Source: Spongospora subterranea f. sp. subterranea (lineage: Eukaryota). From it: 64,000 nucleotides of DNA. The DNA is taken from contig JAUGWO010000140.1 in NCBI GenBank assembly GCA_049724395.1, forward strand, positions 124,001-188,000, in the 5' to 3' direction. The first letter of the stretch is position 1, and every line of letters starts with the position of its first letter. The position numbers and the translations under genes are program-made. Below the pieces are notes generated by a model. The model was given only the letters and a program-made list of their open reading frames with translations, searched no databases and had not been told where the DNA came from. Positions 42,282-55,200 of the stretch are shown piece by piece.

Positions 42282-42345
42282 AAGTTTGCGCTACTGTACC
42301 TGCCTAGACAGCGGGTTCCTGGCACCAATTGGCTCAACATTCGTC

Positions 42346-43809
42346 ATGATCGAGCCAGGTTCATATCATATCTCCTTCGGATCACTATTCGACCAGGATT
42401 CCCTGAAATTAATCGAGTTCCCACCATTTATTGTTGAGGATATCGTTTCGGGTGTCGGACAAGTTTGCATACGGGGTGACAATACAGACAATGTTGTTAT
42501 TGTGACCAACGACAGGACGTCAGGATCCACACGATAATTCACGGATTGCCTAATAATTGCTATGTTAGGTTTAACGTGAATTTAGTCGAATCTTCCAATT
42601 CCATGTTCTTGATAGAGCCCACACCAGATGATGCAAACATTTGGACTATTGTTTCGGCCCCATCACATCACTACGAACTTATTGAATCAGTCCCTGATCT
42701 ATCGCGTGTCGGAAAATTGCTTCAGAATCACTGTATTGGTAGAAAACATCGCGATTTCAATCTCACCAACCGTTTTGAACTTCAAACAGCAATAGGCGAC
42801 GTACAAAAGCTGTCGCACCTTGATGGACACCCTCTTGCTGGCGTCCCAACCGAGGAATTGTACGGTTGCATCCAGGCGAGTGACTCCCAGATAACCAGCG
42901 AGTTGCGTCGAAACCGTTCGATTTGCATCGACGGTAGGAACGACTATTTCATATTTCACAGCTTTATTACTCCATTGATAAGCGAGCCTCTCAGGAAGAT
43001 GGTTTGGCTTAAAAACTGAAGTTATCAACTCCGTTCTGAGCGAAATTCTGGACGTCGCCCAAGCTTGCGCATACCCATTGAACAACTTATCTTTGACAGA
43101 TATAGCATCCGAGTAAGGTGGTTCTTGGCGGTAGTTTTATGGTTTCAGCAAGTGCATACAGACTCGCTGATGTTTATCCAGTATCCCTTCTCGGTCACAT
43201 CCTTCGGTGCTTCAGCAAAGACCCTGGCGTTGATGGACCGTTCCAATTAGATGAACGAGCCGTCTGTCGTCAGATCGCTATTCGAATCCTTTTGGAAAAT
43301 CCGGTACTTTTTGTTTGCGCATTGGACCGAACATTTGGAGTAATTTGCGCTTAAGAGGATACCATATGACAAATTCATCCGGCAGTGGCAGCTCGAAATT
43401 CCTCCCTTGATGGATCCAGATGAAAATTATTTACTGGTACAATCCTGCAATTAGGTAATGTTCTGTAATAGCTGATACACTTTACGGTGCAGGGAATAGC
43501 TTTTTCCGACGACTCTACTTTGGATAAAAAGTTAAGGTTGTACTTATCCCCGAACAATGATTAATATCAAATCTGATATGAATTTACAGTTATGTCCCTC
43601 TAGAAAGTTTACCGAGAGATCCGAAGGAGAGGTTCGACGTCCTTTTCAAAATCCGGACCAAGTGGAATTATGACGAATTAGTGGCTTACTTATCGGATTT
43701 GCTGGAAAATGGGCATCCCCTGGAAGCGATGATCTTGAAATACACGAGATCGATTCAGAGAGGGCAGTACTACGTAAGCAAAACCAGTAGGAACCTGATT
43801 ACAAAATAA
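42346..43809 (+). CDS. DCC1: Sister chromatid cohesion protein Dcc1 (Ctf18-RFC subunit)
   Basis: LKLIEFP, IRGDNTDNVVIVTNDRT, VESSNSMFL, IQASDSQI, CIDG.W, LPRDPKERFDVLFKIRTKW, ILKYTR. Confidence 0.88.
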
Positions 43810-44181
43810 TAATCACTAAAATTTCATTATTATTTATGGGAAATTGAAAACAAAAACAGCACGGTGAATCTCCGATGACAAGGTCGCTAATTGTGATGCG
43901 TTGCACGGCGGTGGATAACGCCAATTCTAATCCGGGTCAGAATCGGACGAATTAACTGTGAGCAAAACAGTTTTGAACAAGGAAAATCGTTGAAACAAAG
44001 CAGCTCTAACCAATACGTTAATAAAAAACAAGTTTACTGGTTGTTCTTTTATTCATGTTTACCTAGCGGCACAAAGTCCGAGCGGAGTGCGCCAACTGCG
44101 CAGACGTTGCCATTCGTGCCAACAGGTTCATCGACTACCTTGTTATTGTTGTTCAATTAGTGTGCACCAGATCAAGACATC

Positions 44182-44942
44182 ATGGCCGCTCAACCTGAAG
44201 TTCAGTTCAAGGTGATCCTTGTCGGTGATGGTGGTGTCGGAAAGACAACCTTCGTCAAGCGCCACTTGACCGGAGAGTTCGAGCGAAAATACATCGCCAC
44301 TATGGGAGTTGAAGTCCATCCCTTAAAATTTTCTACAAATTTCGGGAACCATCATTTTCAATGTCTGGGATACTGCTGGACAAGAAAAGTATTTTTCAGA
44401 TTGCCGAAGTTGCATTTTTTGAGTTTCTTTAACATGTCCCCTCTAGGTTCGGTGGTCTTCGTGATGGTTACTACATTAACGGTAATGCAGCTATCATCAT
44501 GTTTGATGTCACGTCGCGAGTCACATATCAGAACGTCCCGCAATGGCATCGGGATTTGACGCGTGTTTGCGAGAATATCCCCATCGTTCTTTGCGGAAAC
44601 AAGGTCGATGTCAAAGATCGTAAGGTCAAGCCCAAGGCGATCATGTTTCACCGAAAGAAACCAAACATCCAGTAATGCGTTCTTTTGCGGTTTTCCCATC
44701 GATTGGCTGTTTATTTGACGATTCATAGGTATTACGACGTATCGGCCAAGTCAAACTACAACTTCGAGAAACCATTCCTCTGGATTGCTCGCCGACTGTG
44801 TGGAAACGCCAACCTTGTCTTTGTTGAACAACCGGCTCTTCAGCCTCCAACTGCTACCGTCGATCTGAACCTTATGGAACAGTACAAACAACAGTTTCAA
44901 GAAGCCAATGCTGTCCCACTTCCTGAAGATGATGATTTTTAA
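44182..44942 (+). CDS. RAN: GTP-binding nuclear protein Ran
   Basis: [37 protein letters not shown] (extra G at 44344-46), [18 protein letters not shown], acidic tail EDDDF*. Confidence 0.97.
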
Positions 44943-45028
44943 TCCAGTCATATTTGAAGATACGTATATTGAATACAAAAACTTGAGGATTATCTACGCT
45001 ATAACGAAATCACTTTCGTTAGTGGTTT

Positions 45029-46597
45029 TTATATAGAATTGAACGTGCTTTTGAGACTCGGTAAAGGATAAAACTCCTCTTCAACCAGAAATTGTACTTC
45101 TTTGTCAAAAAACGTTGTCAGCTCGTCGGAAACGACCGCCATCGCATCATCGATGAGGTTATCTGAGACTCTTCGATGCACAAACGCATCATTGACTGTT
45201 TTTTCAACCTCTATAGAGACACGCTTACAATTGGACAAGTTGGTAGGGCATAACGTTGGCTTCTTGCAGTAATCCACCGTAAGCGTCATGTACCGAATTT
45301 AGAAAATTTTGGCGACATTGCCGGATTTCTTTCTCATTCGTAATTGTGATCTGTGCTTCATTTTCTGGATCGAAAAGTGACAAGCGCTTGATCTCAAGCT
45401 CCGCTAGTTCCATAATCTCTTTCGTTTGATCTGCCAATCCGACGTGCTGGGATGCGATTTGGTCCGATGAGCCTAGGCATGCTTTCACCGGTAAATGGTC
45501 ATTTCTCGCGGGTTCCTTTATGGCATGCCTGTATGTAAGGTTAATCAACCAGAATCTGTGGATGAACTAAGGAAAGATACTTTTCCGCGAAATAGGTATT
45601 GAAAAAGAATGCCAGTTCACCGATAGCATCATTGAGTAGCTCGCTACATAACGTGTCCATATTTTCCAGAATTGGACGTTTAGAAGGAAATTCTCTGTGC
45701 ACATGGTTAATGGTGTCTTCAGCATTTTGTATCATTGGCAGCAGAGCATCAGTAAAAGAGCGTGAAAGAGCATCGGCATCTTCCCTTGTTTGTGGCTCAC
45801 TACCACAGGAATGCAGAAGCCGCTGGCCTTGGACCAGCACTCTCCGTACCTATTCACAGAAATCAGGAAATACAAAAAATACAGAATTTGACCTTCGTGT
45901 CTACTTCTTCGTGCGCAGACTGTAAAGAACAATTCTGATTATTGTCTTGAGTTGCCAGACGGTGACTAGGTGAGGATTCTCGTTCTAGTTCAAGCTGCTT
46001 TTGAATATCATACAAAATCATCTCTGCCCGTTGTTTCTCTACTTCAATAGGCGACTGTTGCTTAGATGGAACCTGATCAAGCCCCTCGTCTGTTTGTTCT
46101 TGGTCGATCTTTTTAGCCTCAAAATAAATTGCCCTTGAAATTTCTCTAGACAGCATTTTTGGTCGCGAGTCCACGTTGATTGTCCTAGAGGAAGGTTTCG
46201 TTTTTACTCCAGTTTGGGCAACTCGTTTCAGAATATCTTGTGAATGTTTTTCCAAGGACTGCCTAACAAGCGGTTACTAGCTATAATGATGATTAAGATA
46301 GAACCCCACCGAGGATTAACTTGAAAGGCCATCCAAGGTGGAGTTCCATATCGCAAGCCTATAGAAACGTCGTCTTGTGCCATCCTAATATCGACGACGG
46401 GAGATTATCATTTCGGAAAATGAGAAATCAGCAGAAAAAGAAAACCTTTGGCATTTCTCAATTGCTTTGGAGAGGTTGAATTTGAGTTGCGCTTGGGGCC
46501 TCAGTTGACATGTTGTCAAAGGATGTGCGGAACCCTGGCTAACTGGGGGTTTCTCAGTCCCGGCGGGCGCCAGGAACGCCAACTGATTCTCTGTCAT
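45029..46597 (-). CDS. Hypothetical protein
   Basis: Consecutive protein-like ORFs (46385-46597, 45863-46255, 45541-45840, 45225-45548, 45029-45289) separated by intron-sized gaps; no family recognised. Confidence 0.6.
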
Positions 46598-46851
46598 GGG
46601 TATTCGTCCAACATGAGGAGAAGATCTTTGGAACTGATCGCAAGACAGCTAAATCAGGGGTAACCTAGGAAGGCCACTCCCACTGCACCCCACTATACCA
46701 TGATAGTACTGTATAGCACACTACCCTTATGCTACATACAATCTATTGTAACGATCGCAGCTGAGGTCATTATGTTTCAGATGGCGACAACAGTGTACAC
46801 CCCCAATTTACTCCATTCATTTATGAATATATAGTGGCAGAGCTGGTTATT

Positions 46852-48705
46852 CTACATCGTTGTTTTTGGCAAGCTCCTTGAGCTTCTGCTCAATTGCGGA
46901 TGCCTAGATGAAAAATTGAGGCGGCGGTGGAGCATAAGCAGAACATCCTCCCATACCTTATCTTTTGGGTTGACGATCAGACTGACTCCGGTTAGAAATG
47001 AGATGCAAAACATGGCCCAAATAAAGACGCTATTGGCCCAAATATAGCGAAAAAACTTCAAGTAGAAGACTTGCGTGCCAAAAATTGCTCTGAACATCAG
47101 TATTGCGGGCGTAAAGCTTGAAGCTGAGCACGCAGAACTGGAGAACGACGCATGAGTATCAATTGGTAGCCTTACACAGTCTTTACCTGAACCACAGGAA
47201 TGGTGCAAATCAGAATTAGCCATGTGTTAAAGAGAAATGCATTCATCATTGTGTTGCCCAACTCCATAGGGTATATCTTCATAATCCATGGAACTCTGAG
47301 CCCTAGTCGAAAAGTTCCTTTGATTGCGCACAAGATCAAATAGAACGAATATATTCCAAACAACACAACCCCGAACAAGCTGAATCCAGGAATCGCCGTT
47401 GCCGCTTCGATGAAAACATTGTTCAGGAATGGATCAGGGGTTTTAGGCAACACATAATAACAAATGTGCAAAACCCAGGTAAGGGACAGAATAACTCTAA
47501 TAAAAGTCAGCCTGCGCGGGTTGATGGAGACAGGCCTCAAACTTACCCAATTAAACCGAATAGCAACAAAGAAAAATACCAAACTGGGTTTCCCCCTTTC
47601 TGAAAATATGATTCTTCCAGCAGCCGTTTATCCTTCTTCAAAGCATGAAGCTCAGCTTCCAGTCGATTTTGGCTTGCCCTGTCATTTCGGCGATTTTTCC
47701 TACTTCCTGTCCTATCGAGATCGCTTTTATCTTTTTGAAGCTCTGTCGCCAACGCTAGTAGCCCACTGGCGCGCTTTCCAATTGCGATTTTTTGCTTGGC
47801 GTATTCAATCGCAGACATAGGTATCGGTCGGGTCCGGAATTCGTTGATCATATCGAAAGGAAGCGAAACAAATCCAATTCCACAGAAAATGGTGAAGAAA
47901 AACCAGCCCAAGAACGCCAACATTGCGGCGCAAAAGACCAAAAATGAAACTTGCACTGACCATTGAACTTTCGTCACATTACAATCCTGAATATAAGACT
48001 CAGATCAACCAAACAGAGGAGTGATTGAAGCATACGGTGGATTTATCATTCAGTTTGCTCTTTGCGATGCACTTTAACGTGTTAAACGCTAACGGTTGGA
48101 ATTTTGTTGTTAGCAGTTTTGAGTCTCTGTCGACGAGGGTCAGAGGAATCTCTGCCGTGTCAAAGAATAGCTTCATTAGAGCGAATATCATCCCTAATAT
48201 GATGACGCCTATTAGTGTATATTGAAGAGCCGTTCCAGCTTGCCCTCCCCATGCAGCGACAACATTTCCACTCCGCTCGCTATATTGGTGACGAAACTTA
48301 ATTGCCAATAACGCCCAAAAATTGAACAAATGACATCACGTACGGGTTGTTGTCGGACTCATAGAAGAAAAACGCATACGGAAGTACAACGGTGACGCCT
48401 GCGATTATGCAGACGAAAATTCCTTGCCAGAGGACGTCCATTCTCAATCCGCCACCGGCACCATCGCCGTTGGCGACATCCAATGGCAGAGCAAGAATCG
48501 TTCCAAAGGATAGAAATAGGCCCATTACAGTGATCATTTTTGGGAAAAGCGCCATATTTGTGTCATCGGGATGGCCGAATTTGATCACAAGTAGCACACA
48601 TACTGCCACGAGAACTATCGATATCATGACGCATGTCGCGACAAGGAACCAATTCAATGAGGCCGAGGCAGTCGCCGTCGTCAATGATGCACTTGATGTA
48701 GCCAT
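46852..48705 (-). CDS. LMBR1/LIMR-family multi-pass membrane protein
   Basis: FGHPDD..FPK, LPLDVAN, VLPYAFFFYESD, GIGFVSLPFDMINEF, YPMELGNTMMNAFLFN, IFGTQV. Confidence 0.88.
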
Positions 48706-49283
48706 CACCACCAATACCAAACCTGGCCGGTTGTCACGCTGTTGTGACCAGTTGGCGTTTGTGCAATTTGAGGATTCTAGAAGGATGGCGAAATATGTTC
48801 GTATGTGTGTGGCTGTGTTTGTGTCAGTGTGTGAGTGAATAGACGGTGAACCGGTACTGGGAGCCAGTCCCAAAAACACCCAGCCTGACTCGTCATTCTG
48901 CGCATCATCCGGATCCCATGGGCGATTTCGATCGATGATAAATCATCTTTCCTCGTCACCATTCAGGATACTGCAACTTACGCGCGCACCGTATACGCTG
49001 GTCGTTAGCTTTCAGGTGCAACGTCCTACTCGATTGCAGAAAAATAAACCCGGTTTTCGTTTGGTTGAAAATAAAGCACAACGTGTAATTGATTATGAAT
49101 CTTCAGAAATTGCAATTTGCGATGTATCGCTCAGGAGCAATTTGAGACATCGGAATCGCGGGACTCTCCGCTCCTGTATTTCTGCAAATCCAAAAATGTT
49201 GCCCCCTTTAGGTTGTAGGGTCACCGGTCACAGGTTATCGCCACGACTAGAATACACATAACGCACAGGTAGCTGCAGTTCTA

Positions 49284-52200
49284 ATGTCGGAACTGCAGGA
49301 TGGACCTGGGGGCGTATCGGAGCCATGGGATGGCGGTGAACCCGATAGCGATGATGTGCCGGGAAGGGCTGCCGATATCGTCCATAGCCTGCCGAACGAT
49401 AAAAGCGGCCCTCTTCATGGCGCCATGCTACGAAAAGGCTCCGTTCGTAGGGTGGACGAGGGTGCCGACGCCGACGAGCAAATACCAGACGACGATGCCG
49501 TTGCATGGATATGGCAAAGAATTGTCCTGACTGGGTTCAAGAAAGATATGTGGCGAGAAGAGCATGGATTTATCGTAGCAGATTTCTTAGCATCGCCAAC
49601 GATAACTCGGTTGACTGTCTTCATTGATGCTCAAGGACGAATCGCAATGTATACAGATTCGAATGCACAACTCAGTAGTATCGTCCAGATTCAATATTTC
49701 GTGAAACCCTTCGGCACAGTCGCGTTGTCGAAAGGCGACGTCAAAGAACACATCCAATACGGTATTGTTTCCGGGAACATCTTGAACAATATATTCCATA
49801 TGATGTCAAATGTGTTTGCACCAACCTTTCTGGGCAATACGTCATGGCCTACTAGCGTCAGAAAAGAGTTTAGTGGTCATGTTCATAAATTCATGGCGAG
49901 TCTCACAGAAACCGTAATTCCATCATATCAATCGCATGGGTGTTTCTCAATGATGCTAATCTGGTCATTTAGGTGAATCACTCGAAAGGCAGCACAATTC
50001 TCTACCTGCCTCATGAAGACCTGTCTGATATTGAGGCGGCGATTGCTGACAAGGACCTGGTCCAGCGGCTAGAGTCCACATTAATTCATTGGACCAGACA
50101 GATCAAAGAGGTTGTGACTAACCAAGAGACGTCGCATCATGTTGAGGTAAGCTTCCTCAGTATTTCTACAATGACTCTGAACAGGAGGTCTAGGAACATG
50201 GACCAATTGAGGAAATTGAGTTCTGGCGATCGCGCACTGTCGATCTTCTTGGTATTCGGAAACAGCTTGACCGACAGGGATTAACAGATATTATTCGAGT
50301 ATTGGAAGCTGTCGGGTCCACCTACCTTCGCCAATTCGAGATCCTTAAAGGGATGATTCAGTCGGGTTCCCAGGAGGCCGACGACAATTTACTGATATTT
50401 AGAGACTCTTGCTGAGCCTTGTAATAAGCTAAGGACTTCGGCGCCATCGAAAATATCGCCTTTGTTTCCAGAGATTCTGAACCTTATTCGAAATATTTGG
50501 AGCAATTCGAAATATTACAATACCAATGAAAGACTGACGGGTTTGCTACGAAAGGTCTCCTCACAGATCATTCGTCAATGTACAGGAGCTATAGATCTTT
50601 TGGAGATCTTTAATGGCGACGCAGACGTTAGTATGCTGCATCTTCGAGAATCAATTAACTGTGGCGTTGAATGGCGTTCCGTATATGAGATAAACGCAGA
50701 GGAAGTTCGAAAGACCAACCCAAAAGCGTGGTCAGTGGACCCTTCATCAATCTTCGCCCAAATAGAGGCATTTGTACAGCGATGTAGAGAATTGTTAGAG
50801 GTTTGCGAAGGTCAAGTACAATTTGCAAGAAAGTCGTCATTGTCCCCAACTGGGAAGATCGAACTTCCAGTTTTTGGGGGATCTCGCGGCCAAGAGGTAG
50901 AGAAAGCCATGTACGACATTGAAGACGCGTTCGAGAAGCATATTGAGAGACTGCGGTCGCTCGACTATAATATCCTAGACGTGAAAGCGACTAATTGGCA
51001 TGATGATTATAATTTCTTCAAGAACGGTATCAAAGACCTTGAGGTGATGATGACCAACGTCATATCTTCGGCATTTGACAGCGCGTCAACGGTTGCAAGT
51101 GGCGTGGAACTACTGGAGTCGTTTGCCTCTGTTGCCAAGCGTCCATCCATGAAGACGGTTCTAAATCGCAAAACGGCAGACGTCTTCTCGATGCTAAAGG
51201 CGGACATATTAGCTGTTAAGCGTGATTTCGATCATCACCACAGTCAGCCACCACTCCCACCTTGCCAGCCCAGGTTCGCTGGCCGAGCTTTATGGGCGCG
51301 AGGACTATCCAGAAGATGTTTGTCTCACCGCGCCATTGTTAACCGCGCTGCCTGTCTCGTGAACGACAATTCCAGAGAATGTCGTGATGCGTATTTGGCC
51401 CTGGATCAAGTGGTTAGCGTCCTGGAGGTATACCAGAAGCAAATGCATTCCGAATTTGTCGACTACGTCGACGAAATGAACACCCTCATCCCGTTTTGCC
51501 CAACGCTTCGAACAGCCCCTGCTGCGTCTAAGCTCAAGCGCCACTGAGCAATCAGGAAATCATCTCGAGGTAACCCGTCTGGTCATTGTCCTTGGGGCCA
51601 ACCCCTGACACATTCCCCGAACGCTCAGGCTAATTTCGACGAGGTCATTCTACGTGTGTTCGATGAAGTATCGTATTGGAACCAGTTCTCCGGTAGTGAA
51701 TATACAGTCCCATACGCGGCCCATGAGATCGCTGGACTCCATGATCCCATGAGGACACTCTACCAGAACATCATGCTGGTCGTGCGCGAGTACAACGCAG
51801 TTGTTGATGCGCTAACCAGCGATGAGCGTCAGCTGTTCGCCGACCATATGAGGAAGGTCGATCGACGGCTGAACCCTGGACTCACCAAGCTGACGTGGTC
51901 CAAACGACATGTCAAAGAGTTCTTCGTCAAGGTCTGCCGGGATCAATGCCGGGATGTGTCAGCGTTGATCTCGGCGTTCCACGGGCACCATCAGAGCATC
52001 ATGTCGAACTGCAAGAAGATTGCGGCGACGTCTGTCATCGCCATCGAAAAGAATATCGTCTACACTGATACGATGTTCAAAGAGGCTCAAAGCAGGCATC
52101 GAGCTGCGTAAGTTTCAAAAATCATGGTTTCCAGCATTGACGGCAGCTAAACATTGGCAACAGGGTCGAAGTTGAATTAGCTGAGGTCCATCAAGATATT

Positions 52201-55200
52201 GTGTCGCGAATGAACCAATGCTATGAAGTCTTCAAGGATGCACCGTCCGATGTTCAACGATCTTGGGCATCGTATATTCGACGAATTGATCGACATGTCG
52301 AATCAGCGCTGAGGCAGATGGTGAAGCGATCTATGATGGAGTTATCCAAAGCAATAGCAGGAGATGCAAAGAAAGAGACTCAAGCGTTATTCAAAGTCGC
52401 CATGGTTCTTGACGAAGGTCCTGCTGCACAAACCTCAACAGTTGCGTTCCGCCCTAACATGTCCGACCTGACCAATCTTGTCAACGACATATCTCGAAAG
52501 CTGATGAACACTGTTAAGGTGATTCCACGATTGACTGATATATTGGAATACAAACGAAAAAAGAAGAACGCAGTTGTGGTCACTATAAATGGCGACGGTC
52601 CTGGCACCTCGTCTACTACCTCTCAGTCAACGCAACCAGCTGTGCAACAGCCGGAATGGAACCCATCTCAAGATATTGAATCAACAACGATCCTGCCATC
52701 AGATGCAGCCAATGATTCGCCTAACTTCTATGATGCAATTGCTAATGACGAAGATGTGCTGAAAACCTTCGTGGCCATCATTCAAGGAATGAGGAATGTT
52801 ACGACCGATATCAGTGAACTTGTGGCATACTGGAAGGATGCCTACAGGTAATGGGATCGAGCGTTGCAAATATTACCTCATCTGAACGAAATGGGGTTGC
52901 TACAGATCAGCGTGGGATCTGGATAAAGATGCTTATATGAGACGATATGCTAATACCAAGCGTCCATTTTCATCTTATGATATGGACATCACCCGATATC
53001 GATCAATGCAGGAAGATATACAGAGTGAGGACCCGATACGAACTGTCAGGTTCATCAAGATTGACTGCGCGTTGCTGAAATCGGCGCTCGTTAGCCACTG
53101 CATCGATTGGCAGAACAGGCTGACGTCATTGCTGCATGCAAACTCTCTTGCTGAACTACAGACACTTCATGAACTGATATCATCGACTTCGGAGCAATTG
53201 TTGCACGAACCAACTGATCTCAACCAGCTTGGGACAGGGTTGAACTTGCTTGCGAAAATGAAGAAAGAGGTGCGGGTTGGAACCTGTTAAAACCCTCAAA
53301 ATCGTTGATTTGGCTGTTTTTCACATAGATATCATTGATTGATGCCAGGTTTGATCCTGTCGATGATATGTTCAGGACATTAACCAAATTCGGGGTCACA
53401 TTGTCCGATGAAGAGAAAGAGATGTTGGATGATCTTCGTCCATCTTGGGCGACATTCTTAACAACTATGCGAACTGCTGATGTCATGTTAACTCAAGTCA
53501 AAAATTCCATGAAAAGAGGCCTAGAGATGTCGCTCGATACATTTAATGAAACTGTTGCCGACAGCCGTCGATTATTCCAAGGTAAGCCAGGTCAATCGCA
53601 GTCGATTGCGGATGTTAACCACCGACTCGGCCTATAGGGTCAGACGTGTTTAAAGCTACTGCTGCTGCTGACGAAACTGCTGGATTTGAGACAGCACTTA
53701 TTCTTGTAGAATCATGGAAAAAAAAGGTGTCGGATTTCAGATCTCAGGCCGCAGCTATGAAGGCGGGTTTAGATATATTCGGAATTGTTCAACCAGTTTA
53801 CAAAGATCTGGAAGACACTGAAAGGGATCTACAGTTATTGGACACTATTTGGCAGGTAACTGTTCGGCGATTGTCTTTGTTTAGATAAGTGAGCTGAAGG
53901 CTAATCAACATTGCAGTTAACCGCTGAATGGGAGTCTTATTGGCAAGGATGTCGAAATGGTGTTTTCCGCGATCTGAATAGCGATGATATGGATTTGAAA
54001 GCAACTGATATTCAAAATCGAGTGGTGAAATTGGCAAAGACAATGAAGAAATGGCCTGTCTGGAACGCCCTCAGAGAAAATATTGAACGGTTCCGAGTGA
54101 TGATGCCACTCGTTAAGGATTTAAAAAACCCTGCTATGAGAGAACGCCATTGGCAAGAATTGAAAGATGAAGTACAGGATAGCCAATTTGAACCAGATAG
54201 CGAGACGTTTACACTTGGTAAACTCTTCGAGCTGGGGGTACATCAACATGCTGAAACTATCAGCGCTTTGTCGGCTATTGCGTCAAGAGAATTTAGCATC
54301 GAAGAAACTCTTGCCGACATCGCTGAGAAATGGCGAATTATGATTATCGATATTGCGGTTTATAAGGAGGGGAGGTATAATGAGCAGCTGTGAGGCTATT
54401 ATAATTTACTGTTTGACCACAATGCCGGTTAGATATCGAAGAATCGTGTCCACCGATGACCTATTTCAGACTCTAGAAGACAATCACGTATCTCTGTCAT
54501 CAATGAAGAATTCTCCTCACTACATAACATTTGAAGAGGTATATGTTTTATTAATGATGACCATACTGTTGACCAATTTATAGTCCATTAACTTGTGGAT
54601 TCGACGCCTGAACGAAATTTCCGAGTGTATAGAAGTTGTTTTGGCAGTTCAGCGCCAGTGGATGTATCTTGAGTCAATATTCGTTGGTAAGGAGCACTTG
54701 GGATATATTGTTTAGTTTGAAATCTTATTGGTGATCGCAGGCTCAGAAGATATCCGGAAACAACTCCCAGTCGAATCCGCGCTCTTCGAGAATGTAAATG
54801 GAAGCTGGATCGAAATAATGGACCGCTGGGATTCTGTTAAAGTAGTGTTGGCTTGCGTGGAACATGAAGGGCAGATAGACAGATTGCAGCGCATGAAGGC
54901 AACACTAGAAAAAATACAAAAATCCCTCGACCAATACCTGGAAAAAAAAAGACAGGTTTGAGCAATCATCAGATTTACGCCAGAAATCCCATCGTTGCTT
55001 CAGATATTTCCCCGGTTTTATTTCTTATCGGATGATGATCTGTTGGAGGTTCTTGGACAGACCAGAGATCCTAGTCAAGTTCAGAAACACGTCAAAAAGT
55101 GCTTCGCCGCTATTCATCGCTTAGAAATGCAATCACGAGACCGCGAAGGAGCCAGCAATACCGTCGTCAAAGCATGGGATGTTATCGGAATGATTGCGGA

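Noticed and set aside
44182..44942. RAN, DBP2 or dynein as pseudogenes
   Set aside because: Sequences are highly conserved apart from isolated indels, consistent with assembly error.
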